From assembly GCA_050173895.1 (NCBI GenBank), contig JBFXKJ010000001.1:12732-76731 (forward strand): a stretch of DNA of 64,000 nucleotides. Reading direction: 5' to 3'. The notes under the pieces were generated by a model. It was not told the DNA's origin and made no database searches. It worked only from the letters and a program-made list of their open reading frames with translations. Origin of the DNA: Mangrovibacterium sp. GTDB taxonomy: Bacteria; Bacteroidota; Bacteroidia; Bacteroidales; Prolixibacteraceae. Position numbers and translations under genes: made by a program. Every line of letters begins with the position of its first letter. Position 1 is the first letter of the stretch. Positions 18,257 through 27,341 of this stretch are shown in pieces.

Positions 18257-19684
18257 TCAGGATATAAGTTTTACGGCATCCTGCAGCAGGGTCACCAGCA
18301 GGGCAGGAGGGGCATAAGCCAGATAAACGGCAACGATCAACAGCAGGTACTGGGGCAGCGATTCCCATGCTTTTATTGCCGGCAGTTGTTTCTCGTCGAT
18401 ATGAATGGGGGGAATAAACAGCAACCTGAAAATATTGGAGCCAAATCCCCAGATGATCATCGTGAGCAGGATCAGCACCAGAGCGAGAATGAGGATATTA
18501 TGTGCTTCGAACAAAGACTGGAAGATCATGAATTCACTGACAAACAAGCCTGAAGGCGGCATGGCAGTCGCAGAGAAAAATCCCAGCAGCAAAACGAGGG
18601 CCCCGGCTTTGTTGTATTTAAAATAACTACCCATATCATAGATGCTTTTACTCTGGTACACCCGGTAAACCTGGTTAAACTGGAAGAAAAGGCTGGGTTT
18701 CACAAACGAGTGGAGCACCACATGAAGAATGGCCGCATAAACGCCCACACCCCCGCAGGCAAGTCCCAGAACAACAAGTCCCATATGCTCGATCCCCGAA
18801 TAGGCAAGCATGCGCTTGATATTTTTAATGCGGGTCATGTATACCGTGGCTACAAAGACCGACAGCACCGCAGCGAATAGCATGACCGTACCGGCCCATT
18901 TCAATAAAGGCGTATGGGAGAAGACAGCGTAAAAACGAAATACCCCGATAAATCCCATGTTCATCAGCACACTGGCCAAAAGCGCGCCTGCGGGTGCCGG
19001 CGCTTTGTCTTTGGCATCAATTCCTGCTGTATACATCGGAACAAGTCCCAGTTTTGCAGTGAAACCGGTAAAGATGAACAGAAAAGCGAGCTTCAGCCAA
19101 AAAGGATTTAACTGTGAGGCATGAGCATATAAGGTATCGAACGACAAATCATTAATTCCGGCCTGTTTCACGGCGAGACTCAGGAAAAGAATGCCGATGT
19201 AAATGAAAGTAATGCTGATGGCGCAGATGAAAACATATTTCCAGGCACCTTCGAGCGCACGGATGTTCCGGTGGTGGTAAATCAATGCGGAGGCGCTCAG
19301 GGTGGTGATCTCGGCAAAGATCCAGATCACCGCAATGTGATTGGAAATATAAGCCATCGAACAAGCCGAAATCAGCATCACCATGGCCGCAAAAAACAAA
19401 CCTCTCGATTTGGGAGTTTCATCGTGCAGCGCGATATACCGGTACCCGTGCCAGAAGGCAGGAATACTGACCGCGCTGATGGTCAGGAGCATGAGCACGC
19501 CCAGGGAATCGGGTTTGAAAAATCCGAACTGCGTATGATTCAGATCATTCAGCTCATTGATGCTGAAAAACCATAATAAAGCGAGGTAGATGACCAGAAG
19601 TAAATAGTTGACAGCCGTATTCCGGTTGAAGAACAATCCTCCGCCAATGATCAGGGTCCCTATCAAAAATATACTGACAATCAT
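18257..19684 (-). CDS. NuoM/N- or HyfF-like antiporter-type membrane subunit (divergent)
   Basis: 475 aa polytopic membrane protein colinear with the proton-conducting transporter family (PF00361-like). It starts 4 nt after the upstream gene. Confidence 0.7.
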   Translation of the reverse strand: MIVSIFLIGTLIIGGGLFFNRNTAVNYLLLVIYLALLWFFSINELNDLNHTQFGFFKPDSLGVLMLLTISAVSIPAFWHGYRYIALHDETPKSRGLFFAAMVMLISACSMAYISNHIAVIWIFAEITTLSASALIYHHRNIRALEGAWKYVFICAISITFIYIGILFLSLAVKQAGINDLSFDTLYAHASQLNPFWLKLAFLFIFTGFTAKLGLVPMYTAGIDAKDKAPAPAGALLASVLMNMGFIGVFRFYAVFSHTPLLKWAGTVMLFAAVLSVFVATVYMTRIKNIKRMLAYSGIEHMGLVVLGLACGGVGVYAAILHVVLHSFVKPSLFFQFNQVYRVYQSKSIYDMGSYFKYNKAGALVLLLGFFSATAMPPSGLFVSEFMIFQSLFEAHNILILALVLILLTMIIWGFGSNIFRLLFIPPIHIDEKQLPAIKAWESLPQYLLLIVAVYLAYAPPALLVTLLQDAVKLIS

Positions 19685-19688
19685 TTTT

Positions 19689-20318
19689 TTAGTCTTTCAG
19701 GTTGCGTAACAGGTTAACGTCCGGGTTTTTCAGCACATCGCCGATCTTGTTGAAGAACACGCCAAGGATGAGCACGCTGGCAAAAATATCGAGCATGATG
19801 CCCAGGTTTACCAGCATCGGCATTTCATTCCCCACCGCGAGCGATAAAATAAATACGCCGTTTTCGATGAACAGGTAGCCGATTACGTGGGTAATGATTT
19901 TCTTGCGCGATATGATCAGGTATAAGCCGGTGAAAAGCGTCGACAGGGCCACCACAAAGTACGTTTTATCCAGGTTTTCTTCTCCGATTGCATGCGAAAG
20001 GATGATGGTAGCCACGAAAATCAGCGATACGATGATCAGCGACAGGAAGTTGGGCAGGTAGGGCTCCGCTTCGCGGGTGATTTCATTTCGCCGGATTACA
20101 TAATTGATGAACCAGGGAACAGCAATGGCTTTAAAACCAATTGTTTCAAGCAAAATGAGTGTCAGGTTGACATGATTCACTTCAGTAAGGGTCAGATACG
20201 TCACGCCGAAAAGGATAAATCCCTGAAACACCAGGATCCGCAGATAGGTCAGCAGCCGGTTGGCGATGCTGACATAGAGCAGCGACATGGAAAGTGCGAT
20301 GAGGAGTATATCGGTCAT
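19689..20318 (-). CDS. HyfE-like small membrane subunit
   Basis: About 209 aa and roughly 7 TM segments. I prefer the ATG at 20318 (MTDILLIAL...) because it lies 1 nt after the upstream TGA (20320-20322), whereas the track start at 20354 overlaps the upstream gene. Confidence 0.6.
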   Translation of the reverse strand: MTDILLIALSMSLLYVSIANRLLTYLRILVFQGFILFGVTYLTLTEVNHVNLTLILLETIGFKAIAVPWFINYVIRRNEITREAEPYLPNFLSLIIVSLIFVATIILSHAIGEENLDKTYFVVALSTLFTGLYLIISRKKIITHVIGYLFIENGVFILSLAVGNEMPMLVNLGIMLDIFASVLILGVFFNKIGDVLKNPDVNLLRNLKD

Positions 20319-20319
20319 A

Positions 20320-21225
20320 TCAAATAAATTTTCCCATAACAAGCAATACGCCAAAGAATATCAGCGAGGCTACCGAGGTCAGGATAAAAATGAACTGCGG
20401 GTTATGTCCGAGCCTGAAACGAGCCATAAACGATTCGATCACTCCGACAGCAACTGCAAAGCCTGCCTGAACGCCAAAGAACACGGGGATTGAAAAAAGA
20501 TAAGGCATCGACCCGATAAAAAAGTTGGAAATGATGGCACCGTACAAGGCAAATTTCAGGTACGAAGTGTAGGTGATCAGTCCCAGATCGAATCCGCTGT
20601 TGTCCAAAACCATCACTTCATGGATCATCGTCAGTTCCAGGTGGGTTTTGGGGTCATCGACCGGCATTCGGCTGTTCTCGATCATTGCGATAAAAATGAA
20701 AACGAAGGCTGCAAGTGCTCCCAACATGTACGAAACCGACGAACCATAGTGAAGCGCGCTGAAGATGCCATGGAAGGACGTTTGTCCGGTGAAAAGGGCG
20801 AACGATCCCATCAGGACGAAGAAGGCAGGCTCGGCCAGCATCGAATACAGGGCTTCCCGGGCCGCGCCCATTCCTTCAAAACTGCTTCCGGTATCGAGGG
20901 CGGAAACGATCATCAGAAATTTGCCCATGGCCAGTGTATAGGCAAACAGGACAAAGTCACCATCGAATGAAATCAGCCCGGGATGATTCCCGTGGGGAAC
21001 CATCAACACAGCCATCAGTACCGACGACAGGTACACGCTGGGGGCGATTTGAAAGATCAGGCTGGTTGTATGGCTGTACACGGAATCTTTTTTCCACAGT
21101 CGCACCACATCTTTCATCGGCTGAAAGATCCCGGGCCCTTTGCGCCCGGAAGTGAAGCTTTTGGTCCGGATTACGATCCCGGTAAAAAACAAGCTTGTTA
21201 TAAGAATAAGGATGAAACTGACCAT
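20320..21225 (-). CDS. NuoH/HycD-like membrane subunit
   Basis: 301 aa polytopic protein. The N-terminal pattern GPGIFQPMKDVVRLWKK is colinear with the QP.AD..KL motif of the NuoH/HycD family. Confidence 0.7.
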   Translation of the reverse strand: MVSFILILITSLFFTGIVIRTKSFTSGRKGPGIFQPMKDVVRLWKKDSVYSHTTSLIFQIAPSVYLSSVLMAVLMVPHGNHPGLISFDGDFVLFAYTLAMGKFLMIVSALDTGSSFEGMGAAREALYSMLAEPAFFVLMGSFALFTGQTSFHGIFSALHYGSSVSYMLGALAAFVFIFIAMIENSRMPVDDPKTHLELTMIHEVMVLDNSGFDLGLITYTSYLKFALYGAIISNFFIGSMPYLFSIPVFFGVQAGFAVAVGVIESFMARFRLGHNPQFIFILTSVASLIFFGVLLVMGKFI

Positions 21226-21227
21226 AG

Positions 21228-23285
21228 CTACAGGTGGTTTAAGAATTCGATCAGGATCCTGATTTTGCTGGCGACAAGCGGCAGCAAGACCGCGGCACTG
21301 ATAAAAATGAAGCCGTATAAAATGTAAGCCTGGATGTTGCCGTTCTGAAGAAATCCAAACCGCCGCAGGAATTTCCTCGATAATTGCACAGGCTTATCAA
21401 TGAGCAGGATTTCGATCCAGTCGCCCGGATGTGTTTCCTGCTCGATCCGGTCCGGGTAAAGGCCGGCGGCGTCTTTCTTGTGTTTTTTGATGAACAGCAC
21501 CGGTTCGGCCAGTTTGCGGTAGGTCCGGATGAAGGAGGAGGCCGTATATTGCATTTTTGCGGTGTCTCCGGTATAGCCACAGCCCCAGGTTGGGCTGGCG
21601 TTCTGCCGGCGTTGGCTGACAAGCCGGGTCCGCAGCAGGTAGATCACGGAACTGAGCGCCACGAACCCCAGGGAATACCAGCCTACCTGCATCAGGGTTC
21701 CAAGCAGTTCATGTATTTGGAGATATGATTCGGTCGTGGCCGCCGGCAGGTATAAAGCAACTGTTTTTGCCAGTGGTATCGCCAGGATGAAGGGGAATAA
21801 TCCGATTGCAACAATGGCCGCTGCAATCAGGTATAAGGGCAGCACATTCCCCCCTCTTCCGGCCTCAGGTCTCCGGTCTCCCTCTTCCGGTTTTCTGTCT
21901 CCGGTTTCCTGTCTCTGCCCCCCGAGAAATACGATTCCGAATGCTTTTGTGAAGCAGATCAGCGCCAGTCCTCCGATAAGCACCAGGGCAAGGATTGAAA
22001 ACAACATGGCCAGGATAAACAGGAACCGTTCGGACGAAAGGCCTTTGAACAGCCCGCTGTAAATAAAGAATTCGGAAACGAAGCCGTTGAAAGGAGGCAG
22101 TCCGCAGATGGCGAGCGAGCCAATCAGAAAGAGAGCTGCCGTATGGGGGATCCGTTTGATCAGTCCGCCCAGCGCTTCAATGTTGAGGGTATGCCGGATC
22201 AGGTAGACATTTCCGGCACCGAAAAACAGGAGCGACTTGAAAAGCGAATGGTTTAGCGTGTGGAGCAGGGCCCCGCCAAATCCGGCCACGGCCAGTGTAT
22301 TCGATTCATATCCCAGGCCGAGGCAACCCAGGCCGATGCCGATGCCAATAATGCCAATATTTTCGATGCTGTGATAAGCCAGCAGCTTTTTGAGGTTGTG
22401 CTGGACGATGGCCAACATCACACCATAGACCCCTGTCACGACCGAAAATGCCAGCACCAGATAGCCGATGGTGACCATGTCGGTTTTGATCAGCATCAGC
22501 ATTCTCAGAATCCCGTAAATGCCGATTTTAATGATCACGCCCGACATGATCCCGGAAATATGGGCCGGGGCAGCAGGGTGGGCCAGGGGCAGCCAGGTAT
22601 GGAAGGGTACAAATCCGGCTTTGATCCCGAAGCCAAAAAAGAACAGGGCGAATAAACCTATTCCCGCCAGAGTGGGCTGGATAGCGCTGAATTTCGTGAT
22701 TGCAGTGAAGTCGAACGAGCCGGTTTTGATCTTCACCCACAGAAAGGCGATGGTGAGAAGAAGGATGCCAATATGTGACTGGATCAGGTAGTTCAAGCCC
22801 GCTTTCATCGTTTCCTTTTTATAGTGCTCAAAAATGACCACAATGAAAGATGATAAGGCCATGATTTCCCACAGAACCAGCAGCATCAGGCTGTTCTGAA
22901 TCGTGCACAGATCGACGAGAGAAGTGAAAAGCAACAGGAATGCAATCAGGTGCATGGTGATGTTGTCGGCCTGGTCGCGGTATGCCTGCATATACCTGAA
23001 GCCATACCAGCCGCCGGTGAAGAAGGTAAAGCTGATCATCAGGATGAACCACGCGGAGAGGGAATCAATCCGTACGGGAATTTCTCCGGTGACCATTGAG
23101 CCAGGATAAACGATTTCCAGCGGACCGCTTGTAAAAACGGATAACGACAACATAATGCCGATAAAGGCGAGCATACCGGTGACACCCAGTGTCAGGATGC
23201 CCCTTCCTTTGGTCGTTAAAAAAGGAATACAGAGAATGGTAAGAATTGCAAGCAGGTTGAACAGTTCAAGCAGCAACTTATTCAT
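21228..23285 (-). CDS. NuoL/HyfB-like antiporter-type membrane subunit
   Basis: Has the canonical motif FVPFHTWLPLAHPAAPAHISG and a HyfB-like C-terminal segment (TWGCGY...QYTASSF). The ATG at 23285 (MNKLLLELF) is preferred because the track start at 23369 is a TTG inside the putative promoter. Confidence 0.75.
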   Translation of the reverse strand: MNKLLLELFNLLAILTILCIPFLTTKGRGILTLGVTGMLAFIGIMLSLSVFTSGPLEIVYPGSMVTGEIPVRIDSLSAWFILMISFTFFTGGWYGFRYMQAYRDQADNITMHLIAFLLLFTSLVDLCTIQNSLMLLVLWEIMALSSFIVVIFEHYKKETMKAGLNYLIQSHIGILLLTIAFLWVKIKTGSFDFTAITKFSAIQPTLAGIGLFALFFFGFGIKAGFVPFHTWLPLAHPAAPAHISGIMSGVIIKIGIYGILRMLMLIKTDMVTIGYLVLAFSVVTGVYGVMLAIVQHNLKKLLAYHSIENIGIIGIGIGLGCLGLGYESNTLAVAGFGGALLHTLNHSLFKSLLFFGAGNVYLIRHTLNIEALGGLIKRIPHTAALFLIGSLAICGLPPFNGFVSEFFIYSGLFKGLSSERFLFILAMLFSILALVLIGGLALICFTKAFGIVFLGGQRQETGDRKPEEGDRRPEAGRGGNVLPLYLIAAAIVAIGLFPFILAIPLAKTVALYLPAATTESYLQIHELLGTLMQVGWYSLGFVALSSVIYLLRTRLVSQRRQNASPTWGCGYTGDTAKMQYTASSFIRTYRKLAEPVLFIKKHKKDAAGLYPDRIEQETHPGDWIEILLIDKPVQLSRKFLRRFGFLQNGNIQAYILYGFIFISAAVLLPLVASKIRILIEFLNHL

Positions 23286-23358
23286 GATCAATTTGTTAGT
23301 TTGTCCGGTGAAATGGAAATAACTTTCAACCCGGTACGGATGACAGTTATTTCGCGAG

Positions 23359-23366
23359 CAAAAGTA
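23359..23366 (-). promoter_or_regulatory. Candidate Bacteroidota -7 promoter element (TACTTTTG matches TAnnTTTG) for the six-gene operon
   Basis: Motif read on the minus strand about 75 nt upstream of the ATG at 23285. This is a single motif match only. Confidence 0.3.
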
Positions 23367-23478
23367 CAAAAAATGCAGGATGCGATTTCTAATTTGCGTC
23401 CTGAATTGTTGTGATCATAAAAATTAAGGAGTTGTCAATTCCCGGCTGATCCCCTGCAGACCCACATTTATCGGGATG

Positions 23479-24255
23479 CTATTCCCTGGCCAGTTCAATC
23501 CAGACGGGAGCATGGTCGCTCGATTTTTCCCATCCTCTCACTTCGCGGTCAACTCCGGCCGCCTGGAGGCGGTTGCTGATTGACGGACTGAGCAAAAAGT
23601 GGTCAATACGCAGGCCGGCATCGCGGCCGTAGGAATTGCGGAAATAATCCCAGAAAGTGTAGATACGCTGATCCGGATATATTTTTCGGATGGCATCGGT
23701 CCAGCCCTGACCGACCAGGTTTTTGTAGGCCAGGCGCACTTCGGGCAGAAAGAGTGCATCTTTTACCCAGCTTTCCGGCTTGTACACGTCCATTTCGGTC
23801 GGGATCACGTTAAAATCGCCGGTCATCACAGCCGGAATTCCTGAAGCGATGAGGCCTGCCGCATGTTCAGTCAGCCGCTGGAACCACCGCAGCTTGTATT
23901 CGAATTTGGGGCCGGGGGCAGGATTACCGTTGGGCAGGTACAGGCAGCAAATGAGGATCCCGTTGATGGTGGCTTCGATATACCGGCTGTTCACGTCGTC
24001 CGGATCGCCTGGGAGGAGGCGTCTGACTTCGGCCGGTTCCTGTCCCTTCGATAAAATGGCAACCCCGTTCCAGCTTTTCTGTCCGTGCCACAGGGCATGG
24101 TATCCCGCTTCGCGAATGGCTTCAAGCGGAAATTTTTCCTGTGGCGCCTTCAGTTCCTGTAAACACACCACCTCGGGCGATGTTTCACTGAGCCATCGCA
24201 ACAACACGGGCAGCCGCCCGTTTACCCCGTTCACGTTATAGGTTGCGATCTTCAT
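23479..24255 (-). CDS. xth: Exodeoxyribonuclease III (AP endonuclease)
   Basis: The MKIATYNVNG...VCLQELK N-terminus and the C-terminal SDHAPV motif support the call. The ATG at 24255 is preferred over the track start at 24402, which would overlap ftcD. Confidence 0.85.
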   Translation of the reverse strand: MKIATYNVNGVNGRLPVLLRWLSETSPEVVCLQELKAPQEKFPLEAIREAGYHALWHGQKSWNGVAILSKGQEPAEVRRLLPGDPDDVNSRYIEATINGILICCLYLPNGNPAPGPKFEYKLRWFQRLTEHAAGLIASGIPAVMTGDFNVIPTEMDVYKPESWVKDALFLPEVRLAYKNLVGQGWTDAIRKIYPDQRIYTFWDYFRNSYGRDAGLRIDHFLLSPSISNRLQAAGVDREVRGWEKSSDHAPVWIELARE

Positions 24256-24301
24256 AGACAAAATTTTCCTGTTAAGGTACGATAATTCTGCAGGCCGGGG
24301 G

Positions 24302-26008
24302 TCATATCCCGATTTTTTTGCCGACGATTTGCAGGATTTCCGTTTCAAGGGCAATGGCTTTTTTCTCCAGGTCATGGGCTTCTTTAAGAACCGCTGAAAC
24401 AAATACCTTGTCTTTCAGTCCCCCGGCGTTAATCTTAACGTTCAGGGCAGCCCCGAGAACGGCCGAGCGGGCGGCAAGCGCGCCGACGCCGGCATCGGAA
24501 ACCGAGTTCGGATTACCCTGTTCGGCCATGGCTTTGATCAGCTCCATCGATTGAAAGCTGAACTGCATCACCTTCAGGGGAACGCCGATGGCCTGGCGGG
24601 TTGCCGACTGGATCGCTTCTTCCCGCTGCGCCTTTTCTTCTTCGCTTGCTTTCGGCATTTTGAAGGCTGCCATCAGCGTGTTGAAGGCCTCCGTATCCTG
24701 ACTGGTGAGCAGCAGAAGCCGATCGTGAATGGCTTTCCCTTTTTCGGCCCAGGCGGCAAATTCCTCCCAACGGCTGTCCCATCCTTTTTTATGGGACGAC
24801 AAGTTAGCGACCATGGTTCCCAGGGCCGCACCCAGCGCTCCCATGCAGGCAGAAACGGAGCCGCCGCCGGGGGCCGGCGATTCGGAAGCAGTTTCTTCAA
24901 CGAATTTTTTAACACTCAGTTCTGTCAGTTTCTTCTGACCGGCTTCTTCGATCAGGTATTCAATGATCCTTTTTTGCGGGTCGAAGGGAGCCAGATCATC
25001 CAGTCCCATTGATTTTATGGCAATTTTCAGGAGCTCCTCGTCGGCAACCCCGGCCGAGCGTTTTTGCTTGTGCAGGAAGTATCTTCCGGCTTCGAGTATG
25101 GGTTGCAGCGGGATCAGACCGATCAGTTCGGAACCGGTTACCCGGATCCCCCGTACGGCGGCCCGTTCACAGGCTGCCTCAAATACCTGGTGAACAGAGG
25201 TGACGGTGATGTCGGTGATGTTGAACGACAACTGGGCGATGCCGTATTCCTCGATATACCAGCCGATGCCTTTTACCCCTTTCAGCATGCCGGGTTCATA
25301 AACCGGATTGCCGGCTTCATCGGTTAATAGCTTTCCGGTAAGCGGATCACCCTCCCGTTTCAGTCGTCCTTTTTCGCGGATGTCGAAGGCAACGGCGTTG
25401 GCCAGCCGGGTTGAAGTGGTGTTCAGGTTCACGTTGTAAGCTACCAGGAAGTTCCGTGCGCTGAGCGCTGTCGCACCGGTGCGGGCTACGGCGGCATTGA
25501 ATTCGGCCGGGCCGAAGTCGGGTTTCCAGAGCGGGTCGGGCAACTTCCGGCACAGCCCTTCGTATTCTCCGGCGCGGCAGTTCGCCAGGTTCTTCCGGAT
25601 TTCAGAAGTGGCCGTATTCTCATATAAGTATATCGGGATCCCCAGTTCTTCGCCAATCCGCTTCCCCAGCAGATTGGCATATCCGATCGTTTCTTCCATG
25701 GTAATTCCGGTCACCGGGATCAGGGGCAGCACGTCGGTGGCTCCGAAACGGGGGTGCTTTCCCCTGTGCCGGCGCATATCGATCAGTTCGGCGGCTTTTT
25801 TCACTGCCCGGAAGGCTGCTTCACAAACCTCTTCCGGCTCGCCGACAAAGGTCATGACCGTTCGGTTGGTCGCTTTGCCGGGGTCGACGTTCAGCAGTTT
25901 GACACCGTCGACCGAGCGGATCGCTTCGGCGATCTGGCTGATGGTATTCAGATTATTCCCCTCGCTGAAGTTAGGGACGCATTCGATGATCCTTTGCATG
26001 CTGTTCAT
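24302..26008 (-). CDS. ftcD: Bifunctional glutamate formimidoyltransferase / formimidoyltetrahydrofolate cyclodeaminase
   Basis: 568 aa. The N-terminus IECVPNFSEG is typical of formiminotransferase and the C-terminal ~200 aa form a helical cyclodeaminase-like domain. It sits downstream of hutHUI. Confidence 0.85.
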   Translation of the reverse strand: MNSMQRIIECVPNFSEGNNLNTISQIAEAIRSVDGVKLLNVDPGKATNRTVMTFVGEPEEVCEAAFRAVKKAAELIDMRRHRGKHPRFGATDVLPLIPVTGITMEETIGYANLLGKRIGEELGIPIYLYENTATSEIRKNLANCRAGEYEGLCRKLPDPLWKPDFGPAEFNAAVARTGATALSARNFLVAYNVNLNTTSTRLANAVAFDIREKGRLKREGDPLTGKLLTDEAGNPVYEPGMLKGVKGIGWYIEEYGIAQLSFNITDITVTSVHQVFEAACERAAVRGIRVTGSELIGLIPLQPILEAGRYFLHKQKRSAGVADEELLKIAIKSMGLDDLAPFDPQKRIIEYLIEEAGQKKLTELSVKKFVEETASESPAPGGGSVSACMGALGAALGTMVANLSSHKKGWDSRWEEFAAWAEKGKAIHDRLLLLTSQDTEAFNTLMAAFKMPKASEEEKAQREEAIQSATRQAIGVPLKVMQFSFQSMELIKAMAEQGNPNSVSDAGVGALAARSAVLGAALNVKINAGGLKDKVFVSAVLKEAHDLEKKAIALETEILQIVGKKIGI

Positions 26009-26044
26009 TTTTTTCCCTGCCGCGGACAGTTTTCATTCCTGCCC

Positions 26045-27328
26045 TCAGTCATTCTCCTGTATTTCAAAAAAACGATCGCAGTTTGATTCCTTGATTACTC
26101 TCTTATACGCACATCTCCCGTTTTTCCATACCCGTTCTACCGGCAGATAGCCCTGATGATAAAGGATATCCTGGTAATTGTCCGTTTTGAACACCATGAT
26201 ATCGGCCAGCTTACCTGTTTCCAGGCTTCCCCGGTCGTTCAGGTTTAAAGCCAGTGCGGCTCTGCAGGTCAGTGCTGCCCAGGTTTCGGCCATGGTCAGC
26301 TTTTGTGCTGCCCCCAGAATAGCGGCCTGGATCAGCAGGTTTCCCATGGGTGCGGAACCCGGATTCCAGTCGGACGCGATGACCAGCGAAGTTCCGGCGT
26401 CAAGCAGCCGGCGCGCCGGAGCAAAAGGCAATCCCAGTCCCATCGAAGCACCCGGCAGTACCACAGGAATGGTATTGCCGCCTGCTAAAACGGCAATTTC
26501 CCGATCGTCGGCGGCTTCCAGGTGATCGATGCTGAGGGCGCCGGTTTCGGTGGCCAGTTGTGCGGCACCGGCCGTGAACTGGTCGCCGTGCACGATCCGG
26601 TCGAAGCCCATATCGCGAACCTTGAACAGAAACTCCCTCGCCGCCGGCAGGGAGAATGCTCCGCTGTCGACAAAAATATCGACCCGCCGTGAAAGTCCTT
26701 TTTTTAAAACGACAGGCAGCAGTTCATTCAGGATGTGGTCCAGGTATTTGACTTCGTCTCCTTCGAAATCTTTTGGCAGCATGTGAGCGGCCAGACAGGT
26801 CGGGATCAGATCGGCCTTCGACTTTTTCGCGGCTTCGGCAATGGCTTGCAGGATCTTTAGTTCCTGATCAACCGCCAGGCCATAGCCACTCTTTACTTCG
26901 ATGGTGGTGATTCCCTGTTCGAGCAACTGGCGGGCGTGCACAGCCGTAACAGCGGCAAGTTCCTGCATGGGTTTCTGACGGGTCTGTCCAACCGTGTTCC
27001 AGATTCCGCCGCCGGCTGCATTGATCGCCCTGTAATTTGCGCCCGACAAGCGCAGGGCGTATTCCTCAGCCCTTGTACCTGCCCAGCAAATATGCGTGTG
27101 TACGTCGATCATTCCCGGCAGGGCCACATAGTCTTCATTCAGGAATTCGATGGTTTTTGGATTGCTTTCGGCTTCCAGCTTGTGGAAATCATCGACAGCC
27201 TCGATTTTTCCGTCGAGCACAAGAATACCCTGGTTTGACCGGATCTCCAGCCGGTCGTCTGACAGAGGTCCGCGGGCGGGCAGTTCGGCCATCGTCAGGA
27301 GTTGTTTGAATGGGCCTATTAGTTTCAT
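26045..27328 (-). CDS. hutI: Imidazolonepropionase
   Basis: An amidohydrolase with the DVHTH metal motif. The position between hutU and ftcD fits. Confidence 0.85.
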   Translation of the reverse strand: MKLIGPFKQLLTMAELPARGPLSDDRLEIRSNQGILVLDGKIEAVDDFHKLEAESNPKTIEFLNEDYVALPGMIDVHTHICWAGTRAEEYALRLSGANYRAINAAGGGIWNTVGQTRQKPMQELAAVTAVHARQLLEQGITTIEVKSGYGLAVDQELKILQAIAEAAKKSKADLIPTCLAAHMLPKDFEGDEVKYLDHILNELLPVVLKKGLSRRVDIFVDSGAFSLPAAREFLFKVRDMGFDRIVHGDQFTAGAAQLATETGALSIDHLEAADDREIAVLAGGNTIPVVLPGASMGLGLPFAPARRLLDAGTSLVIASDWNPGSAPMGNLLIQAAILGAAQKLTMAETWAALTCRAALALNLNDRGSLETGKLADIMVFKTDNYQDILYHQGYLPVERVWKNGRCAYKRVIKESNCDRFFEIQEND

Positions 27329-27341
27329 AATTAACAGTTAA

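Noticed and set aside
15984-23369. Annotating the six-gene operon as a functional formate hydrogenlyase or hydrogenase-4 (hyf/hyc).
   Set aside because: The gene order resembles hyf, but the N-terminal [NiFe] cysteine pair and the proximal-cluster cysteines appear to be missing. There is also no FdhF, HycB/HycF, hyp or hycI nearby. Transferring the hydrogenase function would probably be wrong.
23286-23369. N-terminal extensions proposed by the ORF track for the NuoL-like gene. The same applies to xth (24256-24402), hutH (30688-30798), the TonB receptor (33226-33315), HyfE-like (20319-20354), the amidohydrolase (39266-39286) and the sulfatase (48258-48290).
   Set aside because: Several of these starts are TTG/GTG codons that the track shows as M. 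The extensions overlap upstream genes or promoter-like motifs. In-frame ATGs further downstream give canonical family N-termini or signal peptides.
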